Below are positions 34,615-42,913 of a stretch of 46,428 nt of DNA, one piece after another. The stretch spans positions 1 to 46,428 of the IMG/VR virus record IMGVR_UViG_3300027742_000004. One strand, 5' to 3'. The position numbers were made by a program, and so were the translations under genes. Source of the stretch: a virus. The notes beneath the pieces were generated by a model, which saw only the letters and a program-made list of their open reading frames with translations, was not told the origin of the DNA and ran no database searches. Numbering within the stretch: the stretch's first letter is position 1; each line of letters opens with the position of its first letter.

Positions 34615-34825
34615 ACCGTTTCTGAAGTCGAAGACCGTCTGGGTGAACCTGCTGACCGCGGTTCCGTCGGTTGGCGCTCTCATGCTGGCGATGCTGGGTG
34701 ATTTGCAAACGCTCGGCGTGTCCAGCGACACGACGGTCGTAGCAGGCGCGGTGATCGCACTGGCAATCAGCATCGCGAACATCCTGCTGCGTCTCGTGAC
34801 GAGCACAGCGGTCACGTTGAAATGA
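34607..34825 (+). CDS. Putative holin (72 aa, two predicted TM helices)
   Basis: WVNLLTAVPSVGALMLAMLG and VVAGAVIALAISIANILLRLV. Its start overlaps the end of the endolysin gene. Confidence 0.6.
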   Translation: MTKPFLKSKTVWVNLLTAVPSVGALMLAMLGDLQTLGVSSDTTVVAGAVIALAISIANILLRLVTSTAVTLK

Positions 34826-35220
34826 TCGGCGCCGGTCTCGTAAAGTTCTTCGCGGGTGGCGGGCTGTCTGTTCTGGCAGACCGGCTCGCCGACGCGTACG
34901 AGGCGAAGCAACGCGCGACGACCGATAAAGAACGGATCGCGGCGGACGTTACGATCAATCAGCTCGAAGCGCGACAGACCGCGCTGATACAAGGGCAGGC
35001 CAGCTGGGTGTCGAAAGCTGTTCAGGCAGCGTGGGCGGCGCCCTTCGTGATCTACACGTCGAAGGTCGTCGTGTGGGACAAGGTGCTGAAGCTCGGCGTC
35101 ACGGACCCGCTGGGCGCGTACGAGCAGAACCTCGGGATGCTGGTCGCCGGGTTCTACTTCTTGGCTGTCGCCGGGCGCGGCATCGCGGCACAACTCGGGG
35201 GGCTGGCGCGTGGCCGTTGA
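34822..35220 (+). CDS. Membrane protein, lysis-cassette accessory (second holin, antiholin or spanin-like; unresolved)
   Basis: Hydrophobic segments AAPFVIYTSKVVVW and LGMLVAGFYFLAVAG with a central helical region. ATGA overlap with the holin gene. Confidence 0.45.
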   Translation: MIGAGLVKFFAGGGLSVLADRLADAYEAKQRATTDKERIAADVTINQLEARQTALIQGQASWVSKAVQAAWAAPFVIYTSKVVVWDKVLKLGVTDPLGAYEQNLGMLVAGFYFLAVAGRGIAAQLGGLARGR

Positions 35221-35788
35221 TCCTGAAGGCAGACTGCATCACTACGGCACGAACGTCGATTTCTGGTGGAAGGTGTCGCGCGCCGTCGGCGGCTTCCTCG
35301 GTCTCGCGTGGTTGGTATGGGTGCAGTTCCTCGGCGCGGGCGTCAAGTCCGCGTTCCAAGATTTCATCGGCGTCACTGAGGTGGTCGAGCGGCTCGAGTT
35401 CGTCGAGCAGTTCATGCCGCCGCCGCGTGTCGTCGACTGGAACGAGAGCGCCGCGAGGCAGGCCGGCAGCTGCACGTACGAAAGCTGCCCGTACGTCCTG
35501 AGCGGCGCGCGTACACCGTACGGTGAACACTGCGGCAGGCCGACCAACGTCGAGCCTTTCTTGCGCACGCGCGACGGCCAGAACATCCGCATCCGATACG
35601 ACAATTACACGCCCGTCGAACTGACCCGCGAGGTCACCGAGTTCACTGTGCCGCTGGTGATCCCGCGGTACATCCCGGCAGGTGACTACGAGTTCAGGAC
35701 GCGCGTCGTGTACCCCGATTGTGCGGGGCGCGGCGAGCCTATCCCGCGCGTGTCGCCGTGGTTCCCTTTGCAAGTGACGCGGCCCTAG
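35210..35788 (+). CDS. Membrane-anchored Cys-containing hypothetical protein (192 aa), last late gene
   Basis: GTG start at 35210 after a G-rich tract. N-terminal TM FLGLAWLVWVQFLGAGV. The extracytoplasmic part contains 4 Cys. Confidence 0.45.
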   Translation: MAVDPEGRLHHYGTNVDFWWKVSRAVGGFLGLAWLVWVQFLGAGVKSAFQDFIGVTEVVERLEFVEQFMPPPRVVDWNESAARQAGSCTYESCPYVLSGARTPYGEHCGRPTNVEPFLRTRDGQNIRIRYDNYTPVELTREVTEFTVPLVIPRYIPAGDYEFRTRVVYPDCAGRGEPIPRVSPWFPLQVTRP

Positions 35789-35791
35789 CAG

Positions 35792-35950
35792 CTAAGGCAG
35801 ATCGGGCGGCAGAACACCGACCTGACGCGCCACCCCCTCGAGCACCCTGACACTCGCGAGCGGCAGCGCCGGGATGATCCGGGCGATAAGCTCGCGGCGT
35901 ACGACGTCGGGATCGGGGAGCGTTTCAGGATCGGGTTGTTCTTCAGACAT
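35792..35950 (-). CDS. Small acidic hypothetical protein (52 aa)
   Basis: MSEEQPDPETLPDPDVVRRELIARII.... The ATG at 35950 overlaps the polymerase stop (TGATG). Not listed separately in the ORF track; the longer listed ORF overlaps the polymerase gene. Confidence 0.4.
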   Translation of the reverse strand: MSEEQPDPETLPDPDVVRRELIARIIPALPLASVRVLEGVARQVGVLPPDLP

Positions 35951-36999
35951 CAGTCCACCGTCTTCGTATAGTACCACGACGTCGACACCTCGGCCACCAG
36001 CGGCAAGTCGCTCGCCCACGAGGGGTTGAACCCCATGGCGTGCTCGAGCTCTTCTTCTGCCTGCTGGATCGCGCCCTCGTTGTCGTCCGTCTCGACGATC
36101 ACTTCGTCGTGCGTGTGACCGCACACACGCGCCGGGGCGGACAGCCAGACGTGCTCAGGCGCGCGCTGCGACGGCAGCAGGGGTGCCGGCGACAACCGCG
36201 TGACACAGTCTCGCAGCAACGAGCCGGCGGTCGCCTGCGTCACGTTCTCGGCCAGCACGCCGTACCACAGGGACCGGCGGTCGTAGCCGCGGCGGTACGT
36301 CAGCTCGGTCTTGGTCACAAGGTTACCTTCGCGATCCTCGCGCTCGCGACGCATCCATTTCAGGCCGGGGTACACCAGAGGGCGCCCGTCCGGCAGGAAG
36401 CACATCATCGTGCCCTTCATGTGGTCGGCGTCGAACATGTAGACAACGCGCCCCACGGGGTACGGAACACCGGGGTTTTCCATCGCGCCGAGAAAGGCCG
36501 TCCAGAGCGCGTCCCAGAACGCCCGCGCCCAGCGGTTATTCTCACGCCAGACGTCGACGATAACCTGCGCCTCGGCCTCGGTCAGCGAGATACCGTACGC
36601 GACAGCCATGTTCTGAAGCGCCCCGATCGCGCCGCCGAAGCCCAGCGACAGGACAGGGACTTTACCTTGCTGGCGCCAGTTCTTTGCCTCGGCGTCCTTC
36701 GCGCGGTACGCCGCCCACATTTCATGCACGTCCATATTGAGCACGTTCGCCGCCTCGTGCATGTAGATGTCCGGCACGTTCTTGTCGGCGTCTGACGCGC
36801 GAAAGATGTCCAGCACTTTTAGCGCGCCGCTGGTGTTCGCGAGCCACGGCAAGACGCGCGCCTCGATCGCCGACCAGTCGCCCCACACGAGCGTACGCCC
36901 GTCAGGTGCGGCAATCGTGGGCCGGATAAGTCTGGACAGTGCCCGGCCCGGCGAGCCGAAAGTGTCTTCAAAGTTCTTCAGGGATGTCAGGTCAATCAT
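35950..36999 (-). CDS. Family A DNA polymerase, C-terminal fragment (palm/fingers with motifs A, B and C)
   Basis: DWSAIEARVL (motif A), RQQGKVPVLSLGFGGAIGAL (motif B), GHTHDEVIVE (motif C). Confidence 0.85.
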   Translation of the reverse strand: MIDLTSLKNFEDTFGSPGRALSRLIRPTIAAPDGRTLVWGDWSAIEARVLPWLANTSGALKVLDIFRASDADKNVPDIYMHEAANVLNMDVHEMWAAYRAKDAEAKNWRQQGKVPVLSLGFGGAIGALQNMAVAYGISLTEAEAQVIVDVWRENNRWARAFWDALWTAFLGAMENPGVPYPVGRVVYMFDADHMKGTMMCFLPDGRPLVYPGLKWMRREREDREGNLVTKTELTYRRGYDRRSLWYGVLAENVTQATAGSLLRDCVTRLSPAPLLPSQRAPEHVWLSAPARVCGHTHDEVIVETDDNEGAIQQAEEELEHAMGFNPSWASDLPLVAEVSTSWYYTKTVD

Positions 37000-38246
37000 C
37001 AGGTCAATTCCAGTCCGCTAATAAATTCGATTGCGTCGGCTTCCATCGCGGGCTTGCGTTCTTCCATGCCGAGGAACGCGCGCGTGAGGTTGTGTACCTG
37101 CACCCCCCGCGATGAGTACCGCCCGGTCTGTTGCGCGCCGTTGAAAGTGTACTGCCCCGGCAGACGGTCGTCGTTTGTCAGCATCGGCAGCAGCTTCGCG
37201 AACTTCTTCGGTGTCGCGGACGCGCCGTACAGGCGCGTTTCCAACAGTTGCAGGACGTCGTACTCTTCGTCGGTGAGACCTTTGTCCGTGTCGATGCGTT
37301 CCAGCAGGACGATCAGTTTTTCCACCCGGTCACGGGCCAGTGACAGCGACGCCGCGACAAGACCGTCGCCCTCTTCGTCCTCTTCGTATTTCTTCACGAG
37401 GATGTCGACAGCCTCGGGTATGTGCTCGATCGCGTCGGCGACCCAGTTGGCGAGCGCGACGTGCTGGTTCACAGACCAGCAAGCCTCTTTGGTGTACTCG
37501 GACACCAGCACGTTGACCTGCCCGGCGTACACGTCGGCCAGCACCGCGGCGCGCTCAGCGAAGTGCCGGTCGATTGGTAGGCCGTACGCGTTCACCGTCT
37601 CGCTGGCCCAGTATTGTTCCCACTCCCAGCGCCACAAGGGGCGGGTCGCCTTGTACACTTCACGCAGCTCGATCACGTCGATGTCGGCGTAATCTCTGTA
37701 CGTTTCCCAGTCCTCGGGGTGCGTCTGAGGGGTGGCGCCGTCGGCGGGCGCGAACAACCCGATCAGGCGTTTGCCGTCCGGCAGTTTGCCGCCGCGCCCG
37801 ATAGCCTTCGAGGCGCCCTCGAGCTTGGCGGGCAGGTTCGCTGCGGCGGCCTGCGCCATGGTGTCGATAACTGTCCGTACAGGGAACAGCAGCTCGCGGC
37901 TCGGCGCCACGATACCGCCGTTGCATACGTTCCAGTCGAAGAAACTGTTGAACGCGGTGAACCACGCCTCGCCGCGCAGGGCACGTTCACGAAACTCTCG
38001 CAGGTCGTCTGGCGCGTCGTGCCAGCGCAACGTGTCGTCGAAGTCTTCCAAGTCCCAGCGCCGGATCGGGCCGTCGCCGATCGCGTAACGGAAGATCACG
38101 ACCTTGCAGCTCTTGCCATAGCGACCCGCGCCACATTGCGTCACGTCGCCCCAGCGCGGGTCGAGTAGATCGGGCAGGGCGCGCGTCTCGGTGTCGAAGA
38201 AACAGATGTCCTCGATGTCCGTCGTCAGTGGTTCCATTTGATCCAT
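36999..38246 (-). CDS. Family A DNA polymerase, N-terminal fragment (3'-5' exonuclease plus thumb)
   Basis: FFDTETR (Exo I), FNSFFDWNV (Exo II), YADIDVIEL (Exo III), QQTGRYSSRGVQVHN (the T-G-R block preceding motif A). I prefer the start at 38246 (MDQMEPL), which avoids overlapping the upstream gene. The stop overlaps the next ATG (TGATG at 36997-37001). Confidence 0.8.
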   Translation of the reverse strand: MDQMEPLTTDIEDICFFDTETRALPDLLDPRWGDVTQCGAGRYGKSCKVVIFRYAIGDGPIRRWDLEDFDDTLRWHDAPDDLREFRERALRGEAWFTAFNSFFDWNVCNGGIVAPSRELLFPVRTVIDTMAQAAAANLPAKLEGASKAIGRGGKLPDGKRLIGLFAPADGATPQTHPEDWETYRDYADIDVIELREVYKATRPLWRWEWEQYWASETVNAYGLPIDRHFAERAAVLADVYAGQVNVLVSEYTKEACWSVNQHVALANWVADAIEHIPEAVDILVKKYEEDEEGDGLVAASLSLARDRVEKLIVLLERIDTDKGLTDEEYDVLQLLETRLYGASATPKKFAKLLPMLTNDDRLPGQYTFNGAQQTGRYSSRGVQVHNLTRAFLGMEERKPAMEADAIEFISGLELT

Positions 38247-38301
38247 GTCAAAGTGTCCAATCAGGGTGGTCGGGCACGCCGGGATCGGCGTGCCCAGAAG
38301 G

Positions 38302-39114
38302 TCAGCGGCGCCGGCGGCGGCGCGTGCCTTCTTCTTGTTGCGGTTCGGGCACGACTTCGCCTTCGACGACGTCACCTTTCAGCTCGAGCGGGTCGTCTTC
38401 CGGCTCGTCTGCCGGGCCGTCGTCCTGCGGGTCCGTCGGTTCGTCAACGTCAACCCGTTCCTGCACCGATGCTGCGCCGTCGAGCGACACCCAGTCGACG
38501 ATGCGGATCACCGGGGTGTACGTACGACCCCACTTTTTGTGCATGTAGTGCTCGCCGTCGAGGTTGACGATCGGGACGACGTGCGCGGGGTCTTCGTCCA
38601 GCTGCAACATGATCTGGTCGATCAGCGCGTTCATGGCGCCGATACCGCCGACCGAGGTCGTCTTGAACAGCACTTGTTTGCCTTTGTGCGGCCCGGTCAT
38701 AAACTTCACGTCGACCGCGATCAGCTCACGCCATTCACACACCTTGTCGCCGTCCTTCGGGTCTTTGTGTACGGGCAGCGACGCCTTCGGGATCGCGTCC
38801 TGCCCGAGCGGGACAAGCTCTTCGCCGAGGTTCTCGTTCGACGCCCCGCGACCGGGACGGTCAGTCCAGCACGACCAGCCGGTACGGATCGACATCGGGT
38901 TGATCGCGCAGTCGTCGTCTTTCGTGACCTGCTCGTTCTCTTGCCCGAACACCCAGTTCCCATCCTGCAAAAAGCGCAGGTATTGCGAACCCTGCACGTC
39001 CGGCAGTTGGGCCTTGGTCTTTTGCAGCTTGCCCTTCAGCGCCTGTGCGGCGGCGAGTGCGGCGGCGTTTACGTTCGTCATTTCAGTTCCCATTTTTCGA
39101 TCTTCCTTTTTCAT
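38302..39114 (-). CDS. Putative ssDNA-binding protein (DUF2815-like by context)
   Basis: It sits between a DUF2800-like nuclease and PolA, as in the known phage replication module. It has an acidic Pro/Asp/Glu-rich C-terminal region. Alternative starts are at 39093 (best SD) and 39081. Confidence 0.45.
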   Translation of the reverse strand: MKKEDRKMGTEMTNVNAAALAAAQALKGKLQKTKAQLPDVQGSQYLRFLQDGNWVFGQENEQVTKDDDCAINPMSIRTGWSCWTDRPGRGASNENLGEELVPLGQDAIPKASLPVHKDPKDGDKVCEWRELIAVDVKFMTGPHKGKQVLFKTTSVGGIGAMNALIDQIMLQLDEDPAHVVPIVNLDGEHYMHKKWGRTYTPVIRIVDWVSLDGAASVQERVDVDEPTDPQDDGPADEPEDDPLELKGDVVEGEVVPEPQQEEGTRRRRRR

Positions 39115-39130
39115 AGATCATTGGTGAGGC

Positions 39131-40591
39131 TCACGCCTCGTCGGTACCACCGTTCAACGCGGCGATCTTGGACCCGAGGGCCGAAGCCTTGTCGGATGTC
39201 ATTTCAGGTGCGGGCAGCGAACTGTCCTCGCGCACCAGCGCAATTTTCGTCGACACGTTCGTGGCGATCATATCCTCGGGGACTTTGCGCTTGTCGGTTT
39301 TGAGCAGTTTCTCGGCGGCAGGCATCGAGATGATCTTGCGCGGCATGTACTGCTCGAGCTTGTACCGGCGGTTCTTGAAGAACTTCTTCAGCTCGTCTTC
39401 GCCGACAGACCAACCCCGGCGGGACGTGCTGCTCACGCCCAGACGGAACCCGTCGATCGAACGGCCTTCGTTCAACTGAGTGACCGCCGCTTCACGCACC
39501 ACCTTCACCCACTGCTCGACGTCAGCGGCGAGGTCCAGCAGCTCGGGCAGCAGCTCGTCGAAGGCGTTCGTGACCTCGCCCGTCTCAACGTCTATCTGCT
39601 CAATGTCCGCGACGCTGTCGACCTGCTGTTGCTTAGCCAGATCGCGCAGCGCGTTCATCTTTTCGCCGAACGTCGCCGAACGTCCTGCCCAGAGCGGGCA
39701 CACCGCCCGACACGTCGCGAAGTCACACCAGCTGCCTTTCGACACGGTCGCTTTTTCGCCGTGCTCGATCGCGTGTTCAACAGCCCCGACCAGCTCGGCG
39801 CGAAAGTCTTCCAGTTCACTGACCTGCACGACGTCCTCTGACGTCTTGTCCTCGTCGACACGCGGCTGGCAGATCGACAGGATCACCTCGCGCGTCTGGT
39901 CGATCTCGGTGAACGTGCCGGCGTTGTCCTTCGACGGGTCGCCGTCGATCGGCCCAAACATGTGCGGCAGTGTCGACGCCGCCGCGCGGGCGTAGAACTT
40001 CAGCTGCTGATTGTCGATCGCACTCACAGGTTTGCGCCCGAATTTCCAATCCCACACGCCCGACAGCGGGCCGCACTTCCAGATGATGTCGCTGGTGCCG
40101 AACGCACCTTCGTGCATGACAGCCTCGCCGTTCTTGTCAAAGACTGGCGCCCCGCTATCGTCGACCACCGGCGAGAAGACGCCGGGCATGGTGCAGCGGG
40201 TCTCGACCACGTAGTTGAAGTCTTCGCACCCGGTTTCAGCGACGATCTCTTCGATGAAGTTGTCGAACATGTCCAGCGCGGGTTGCCCCAGCTCGGCCCA
40301 GAGTTCTTCGTCGACCGTGTACGACCAGCCGCCTTCGGCATCACCCTTGTCTTCACGCGTGAAGGTGAACGGCAGCAGCTCTTCGGGTTTCTTATCGTGG
40401 TCGAGGATGATCGCCATCATCTCGTGCAGCGCGGTGCCTTCGCGGGCATAGACGCTGCCGGTGTCTTCAGGCACCAGCTGTTCCAGCGCGTAGCTGCGCG
40501 GGCAGTTGATCCGCCGGGCCGCCGTGGAGCCGCCGACAACCGTCGAGTGTTCTTCGGGTACTTCGTGCTTAGTATCAGGGGTCTCAGTCAT
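39131..40591 (-). CDS. PD-(D/E)XK nuclease, DUF2800/Cas4-like, with a C-terminal Cys cluster
   Basis: N-terminal GGSTAARRINCPRSY, GTALHE, DIIWK...WDWKFGRKPVSAIDNQQLKFYA (D...D/ExK...Q..Y), and CDFATCRAVCPLW. Confidence 0.7.
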   Translation of the reverse strand: MTETPDTKHEVPEEHSTVVGGSTAARRINCPRSYALEQLVPEDTGSVYAREGTALHEMMAIILDHDKKPEELLPFTFTREDKGDAEGGWSYTVDEELWAELGQPALDMFDNFIEEIVAETGCEDFNYVVETRCTMPGVFSPVVDDSGAPVFDKNGEAVMHEGAFGTSDIIWKCGPLSGVWDWKFGRKPVSAIDNQQLKFYARAAASTLPHMFGPIDGDPSKDNAGTFTEIDQTREVILSICQPRVDEDKTSEDVVQVSELEDFRAELVGAVEHAIEHGEKATVSKGSWCDFATCRAVCPLWAGRSATFGEKMNALRDLAKQQQVDSVADIEQIDVETGEVTNAFDELLPELLDLAADVEQWVKVVREAAVTQLNEGRSIDGFRLGVSSTSRRGWSVGEDELKKFFKNRRYKLEQYMPRKIISMPAAEKLLKTDKRKVPEDMIATNVSTKIALVREDSSLPAPEMTSDKASALGSKIAALNGGTDEA

Positions 40592-40598
40592 GGTTGTC

Positions 40599-40760
40599 TC
40601 ACTCTTCCTGTTTGCCGTTTTTGTCTTCAGGGTAGCACCCTTTGACGATCAGGTATTCGGCGATGTCGGACATATCCCAGCCACGATCTGTCGCCTCTTT
40701 CCGCAGACGCTCGCGCGCCTCGGGTGTCAGGAAGACCTTCTGTTGCTGTCTGCTCGCCAC
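40599..40760 (-). CDS. Ribbon-helix-helix (Arc/CopG-like) small DNA-binding protein, 53 aa; below the ORF track's shortest listed length (60 aa)
   Basis: My own translation: VASRQQQKVFLTPEARERLRKEATDRGWDMSDIAEYLIVKGCYPEDKNGKQEE. It has the beta-strand, helix, G, helix pattern of RHH proteins. GTG start at 40760 with GGGGAAAG upstream. It ends 7 nt before the nuclease ATG. Confidence 0.55.
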   Translation of the reverse strand: MASRQQQKVFLTPEARERLRKEATDRGWDMSDIAEYLIVKGCYPEDKNGKQEE

Positions 40761-40791
40761 GCTCTTTCCCCTTGTCTGGTGCCAGTAGTTG

Positions 40792-40817
40792 AAGTACCTA
40801 CGGCCTCGGAGGTACCT
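40792..40817. promoter_or_regulatory. Tandem AGGTACCT boxes, copy 4 (AAGTACCT at 40792-40799, AGGTACCT at 40810-40817), in the divergent replication control region
   Basis: Lies between the RHH gene (minus strand) and the VRR-NUC gene (plus strand). The proximal box abuts the VRR-NUC ATG at 40818 and overlaps its GGAGG. Confidence 0.6.
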
Positions 40818-41096
40818 ATGTCAACCGAAAAAGAAACAGACGTCGAAACCTTTTTGGATAAGCAGGTCGAGCGGCGTGGCGGTTTCACAGTCAAGCTGAA
40901 CCCGAAAGGCTACAAGGGCATTCCTGACCGCCTCGTCGTCCTGCCGGGGCGCATCATCTTTGTAGAACTGAAGCGCCCGAAGGGCGGCGTGCTCGCGCGT
41001 CTGCAAGCATGGTGGCTGTGCCGCTTCACCGATCTCGGGCACGAGGCTGTTTGTGTGAAGAACCGCGCCGAGGTGTTGTTGCTACTTGACGGCTAG
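40818..41096 (+). CDS. VRR-NUC domain nuclease
   Basis: ...GFTVKLNPKGYKGIPDRLVVLPGRIIFVELKRPKG... carries the PD-(D/E)XK core (D...ELK) typical of VRR-NUC. 92 aa. Confidence 0.75.
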   Translation: MSTEKETDVETFLDKQVERRGGFTVKLNPKGYKGIPDRLVVLPGRIIFVELKRPKGGVLARLQAWWLCRFTDLGHEAVCVKNRAEVLLLLDG

Positions 41097-41120
41097 GTAC
41101 CTGAGCGTGTAGGAGTACCA
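41095..41120. promoter_or_regulatory. Tandem AGGTACCT boxes, copy 5 (AGGTACCT at 41095-41102, GAGTACCA at 41113-41120)
   Basis: Overlaps the VRR-NUC stop codon and lies upstream of the 41145 gene. The box starts are 18 nt apart. Confidence 0.5.
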
Positions 41121-41144
41121 GACTGATTGAGAAAGGACTGACCA

Positions 41145-41480
41145 ATGACTGAACAAGATCGTATCGACAAAGCTCGGCAGTTTACGCTGTTGCGCGCCAC
41201 ACCGTCGGAGTTTGCTGCTGCTGAAATCAAGCGTTTGGAGGCCGAGAACAAACAGCTGCGCGCCGCACTTGCGGTGGCGCGCGACGAGGCGCTGGAAGAG
41301 GCGGCGGCAGTCGCTGGGGCGCGCCCCGCGTGGGTGATCGAGGTGAGCAGCTTTACGTTAGCCTCAGTGAGACCAGAGGACCGCGCGGAGCGTATTGCAT
41401 TTGAGCTGAGGTCGGCGATGCACGAAAAGGCGAAGACTGCCAAGGCCGGGGATACGTTCTGTGTGAGGGTGGTGGCATGA
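41145..41480 (+). CDS. Hypothetical protein (111 aa) with a coiled-coil N-terminus
   Basis: ATG with GAAAGGA upstream. ATGA overlap with the helicase gene. Confidence 0.55.
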   Translation: MTEQDRIDKARQFTLLRATPSEFAAAEIKRLEAENKQLRAALAVARDEALEEAAAVAGARPAWVIEVSSFTLASVRPEDRAERIAFELRSAMHEKAKTAKAGDTFCVRVVA

Positions 41481-42913
41481 GGAACTTCGACGACCTTCGG
41501 TCTGACCAGCAGTCGTGCATCGACGCGCTGTACAGCCGCGACCGCGCCTTCGTCGTCATGCGTATGGGCGGCGGTAAAACCGCGACCGCGCTGACCGCCA
41601 TAGACGAGCTGATCCGCGACGGTCACCGCCGTCGCGCGATCGTGGTCGCGCCGCCTCTTGTGGCGGCGACGGTGTGGCCCGGCGAGCCCGCCAAGTGGGA
41701 ACACCTTAGCGGCTTGACTGTGGAAGCGCCGAAAGGCGGGCCCGCCGAACGCGCGAAGCGCCTAGTCGAGAGCGACGCCGACGTGCTGGTGTTCAGCGAC
41801 GGCGTGTTGGGCTGGCTCGTGGAGCAGCTCGAGGCGCTGCCCGACGACAGTCCTCTGCTGGACATATTCGCGTACGACGAGCCCAAACTGAAAGAGCCCC
41901 GCGGTGCGATCGGGAAACTGCTGTGCCGTGTGAGCGAACGACAGAAGACCTTGTGGGTTTTCTCGGGGACACCGCGCCCGAACGGGTACGAGGACTTGTT
42001 CATGCCCGCGCGAGTGCTGGCGCCGCACCTGTGGGGTGACGACTTCGACGACTGGCGTCGTCGCAACTTCATGCCGATGGACTTCCACGGCTACCGTTGG
42101 GAGGTTCACGACTTCCGCGCACGGCAGCTGAACAAGGACGTGCAGACGTTCATGGTGCAGGCCGCAGAGCCGCCCGATACACGGAAGGGCACGCTCACCA
42201 GCGGCGCCGAGTTCGACATCGAGGTCGATCTTCCACCAGCGGCGCGCAAGAAGTACAAAGAGATGGAGCGCGACCTGATCGTCGCGGTGCAGAAGCAGGT
42301 CGAAGAGCTCGACGGCGACGTGTCGTACGAGGATGAGCTGGTCGTGGCGTTGACGCAGGCTGTCGCGTCGTCGAAGCTGGCCCAGCTCGCGCAGGGATTT
42401 CTGTATGGCGAAGAGGAGGACGACGAGAAAACCGTGCATCGTATCCACGCGGCCAAGATCGACGCGCTCACGTATCAGCTGGACGCGCTCGGCGACGAAC
42501 GGTCGGTGATCTGTTACGGTTTCCGCGACGATCTGGCGCGCGTGTCCGAGCTGCTGAAGAAGCAGAAGCGGTCGTACGGTGTGCTGGGCGGTGGTCGGTC
42601 GATCGCAGCCAAGATGCGCGACGTCGTCGCGTGGAACGAAGGCCGGCTGGACAACCTGATCCTGCACCCGGCGTCCGCCGGGCATGGGGTCGAGCTTCAG
42701 TTCGGCGGGCGCCGGATGCTGTGGTACACGCCGACGTGGTCCCCCGAGCAGTATGACCAGACGCTGAAACGGCTGGACAGGCCGGGGCAAGAGCGGCAGG
42801 TTTACAGCCACCAGATCATCGCGCGGGACACGGTCGACATCGTCAAGCGGAACCGCGTTGAATACAAGATGCGCGATCAAGACGCGTTCAAAGGCATGTT
42901 AGGATCGCTGTGA
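41477..42913 (+). CDS. SNF2/DEAD-like superfamily 2 helicase
   Basis: Walker A MRMGGGKTATAL, motif II FAYDEP, and C-terminal helicase blocks (...LILHPASAGHGVELQ...). Typical partner of VRR-NUC in phage replication modules. Confidence 0.7.
   Translation: MRNFDDLRSDQQSCIDALYSRDRAFVVMRMGGGKTATALTAIDELIRDGHRRRAIVVAPPLVAATVWPGEPAKWEHLSGLTVEAPKGGPAERAKRLVESDADVLVFSDGVLGWLVEQLEALPDDSPLLDIFAYDEPKLKEPRGAIGKLLCRVSERQKTLWVFSGTPRPNGYEDLFMPARVLAPHLWGDDFDDWRRRNFMPMDFHGYRWEVHDFRARQLNKDVQTFMVQAAEPPDTRKGTLTSGAEFDIEVDLPPAARKKYKEMERDLIVAVQKQVEELDGDVSYEDELVVALTQAVASSKLAQLAQGFLYGEEEDDEKTVHRIHAAKIDALTYQLDALGDERSVICYGFRDDLARVSELLKKQKRSYGVLGGGRSIAAKMRDVVAWNEGRLDNLILHPASAGHGVELQFGGRRMLWYTPTWSPEQYDQTLKRLDRPGQERQVYSHQIIARDTVDIVKRNRVEYKMRDQDAFKGMLGSL

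Noticed and set aside
35780-35800. An expected terminator between the convergent late (plus) and replication (minus) operons
   Set aside because: Only 3 nt separate the two stop codons, and I could not find a convincing hairpin there. I therefore did not call a terminator. Transcriptional collision or termination further inside the genes remains possible.
38245-39303. A 352-aa plus-strand ORF and other plus-strand ORFs across 36.0-40.6 kb
   Set aside because: They lie antisense to the PolA, SSB-like and DUF2800 genes, which have clear catalytic motifs. Their composition is typical of GC-rich antisense frames.
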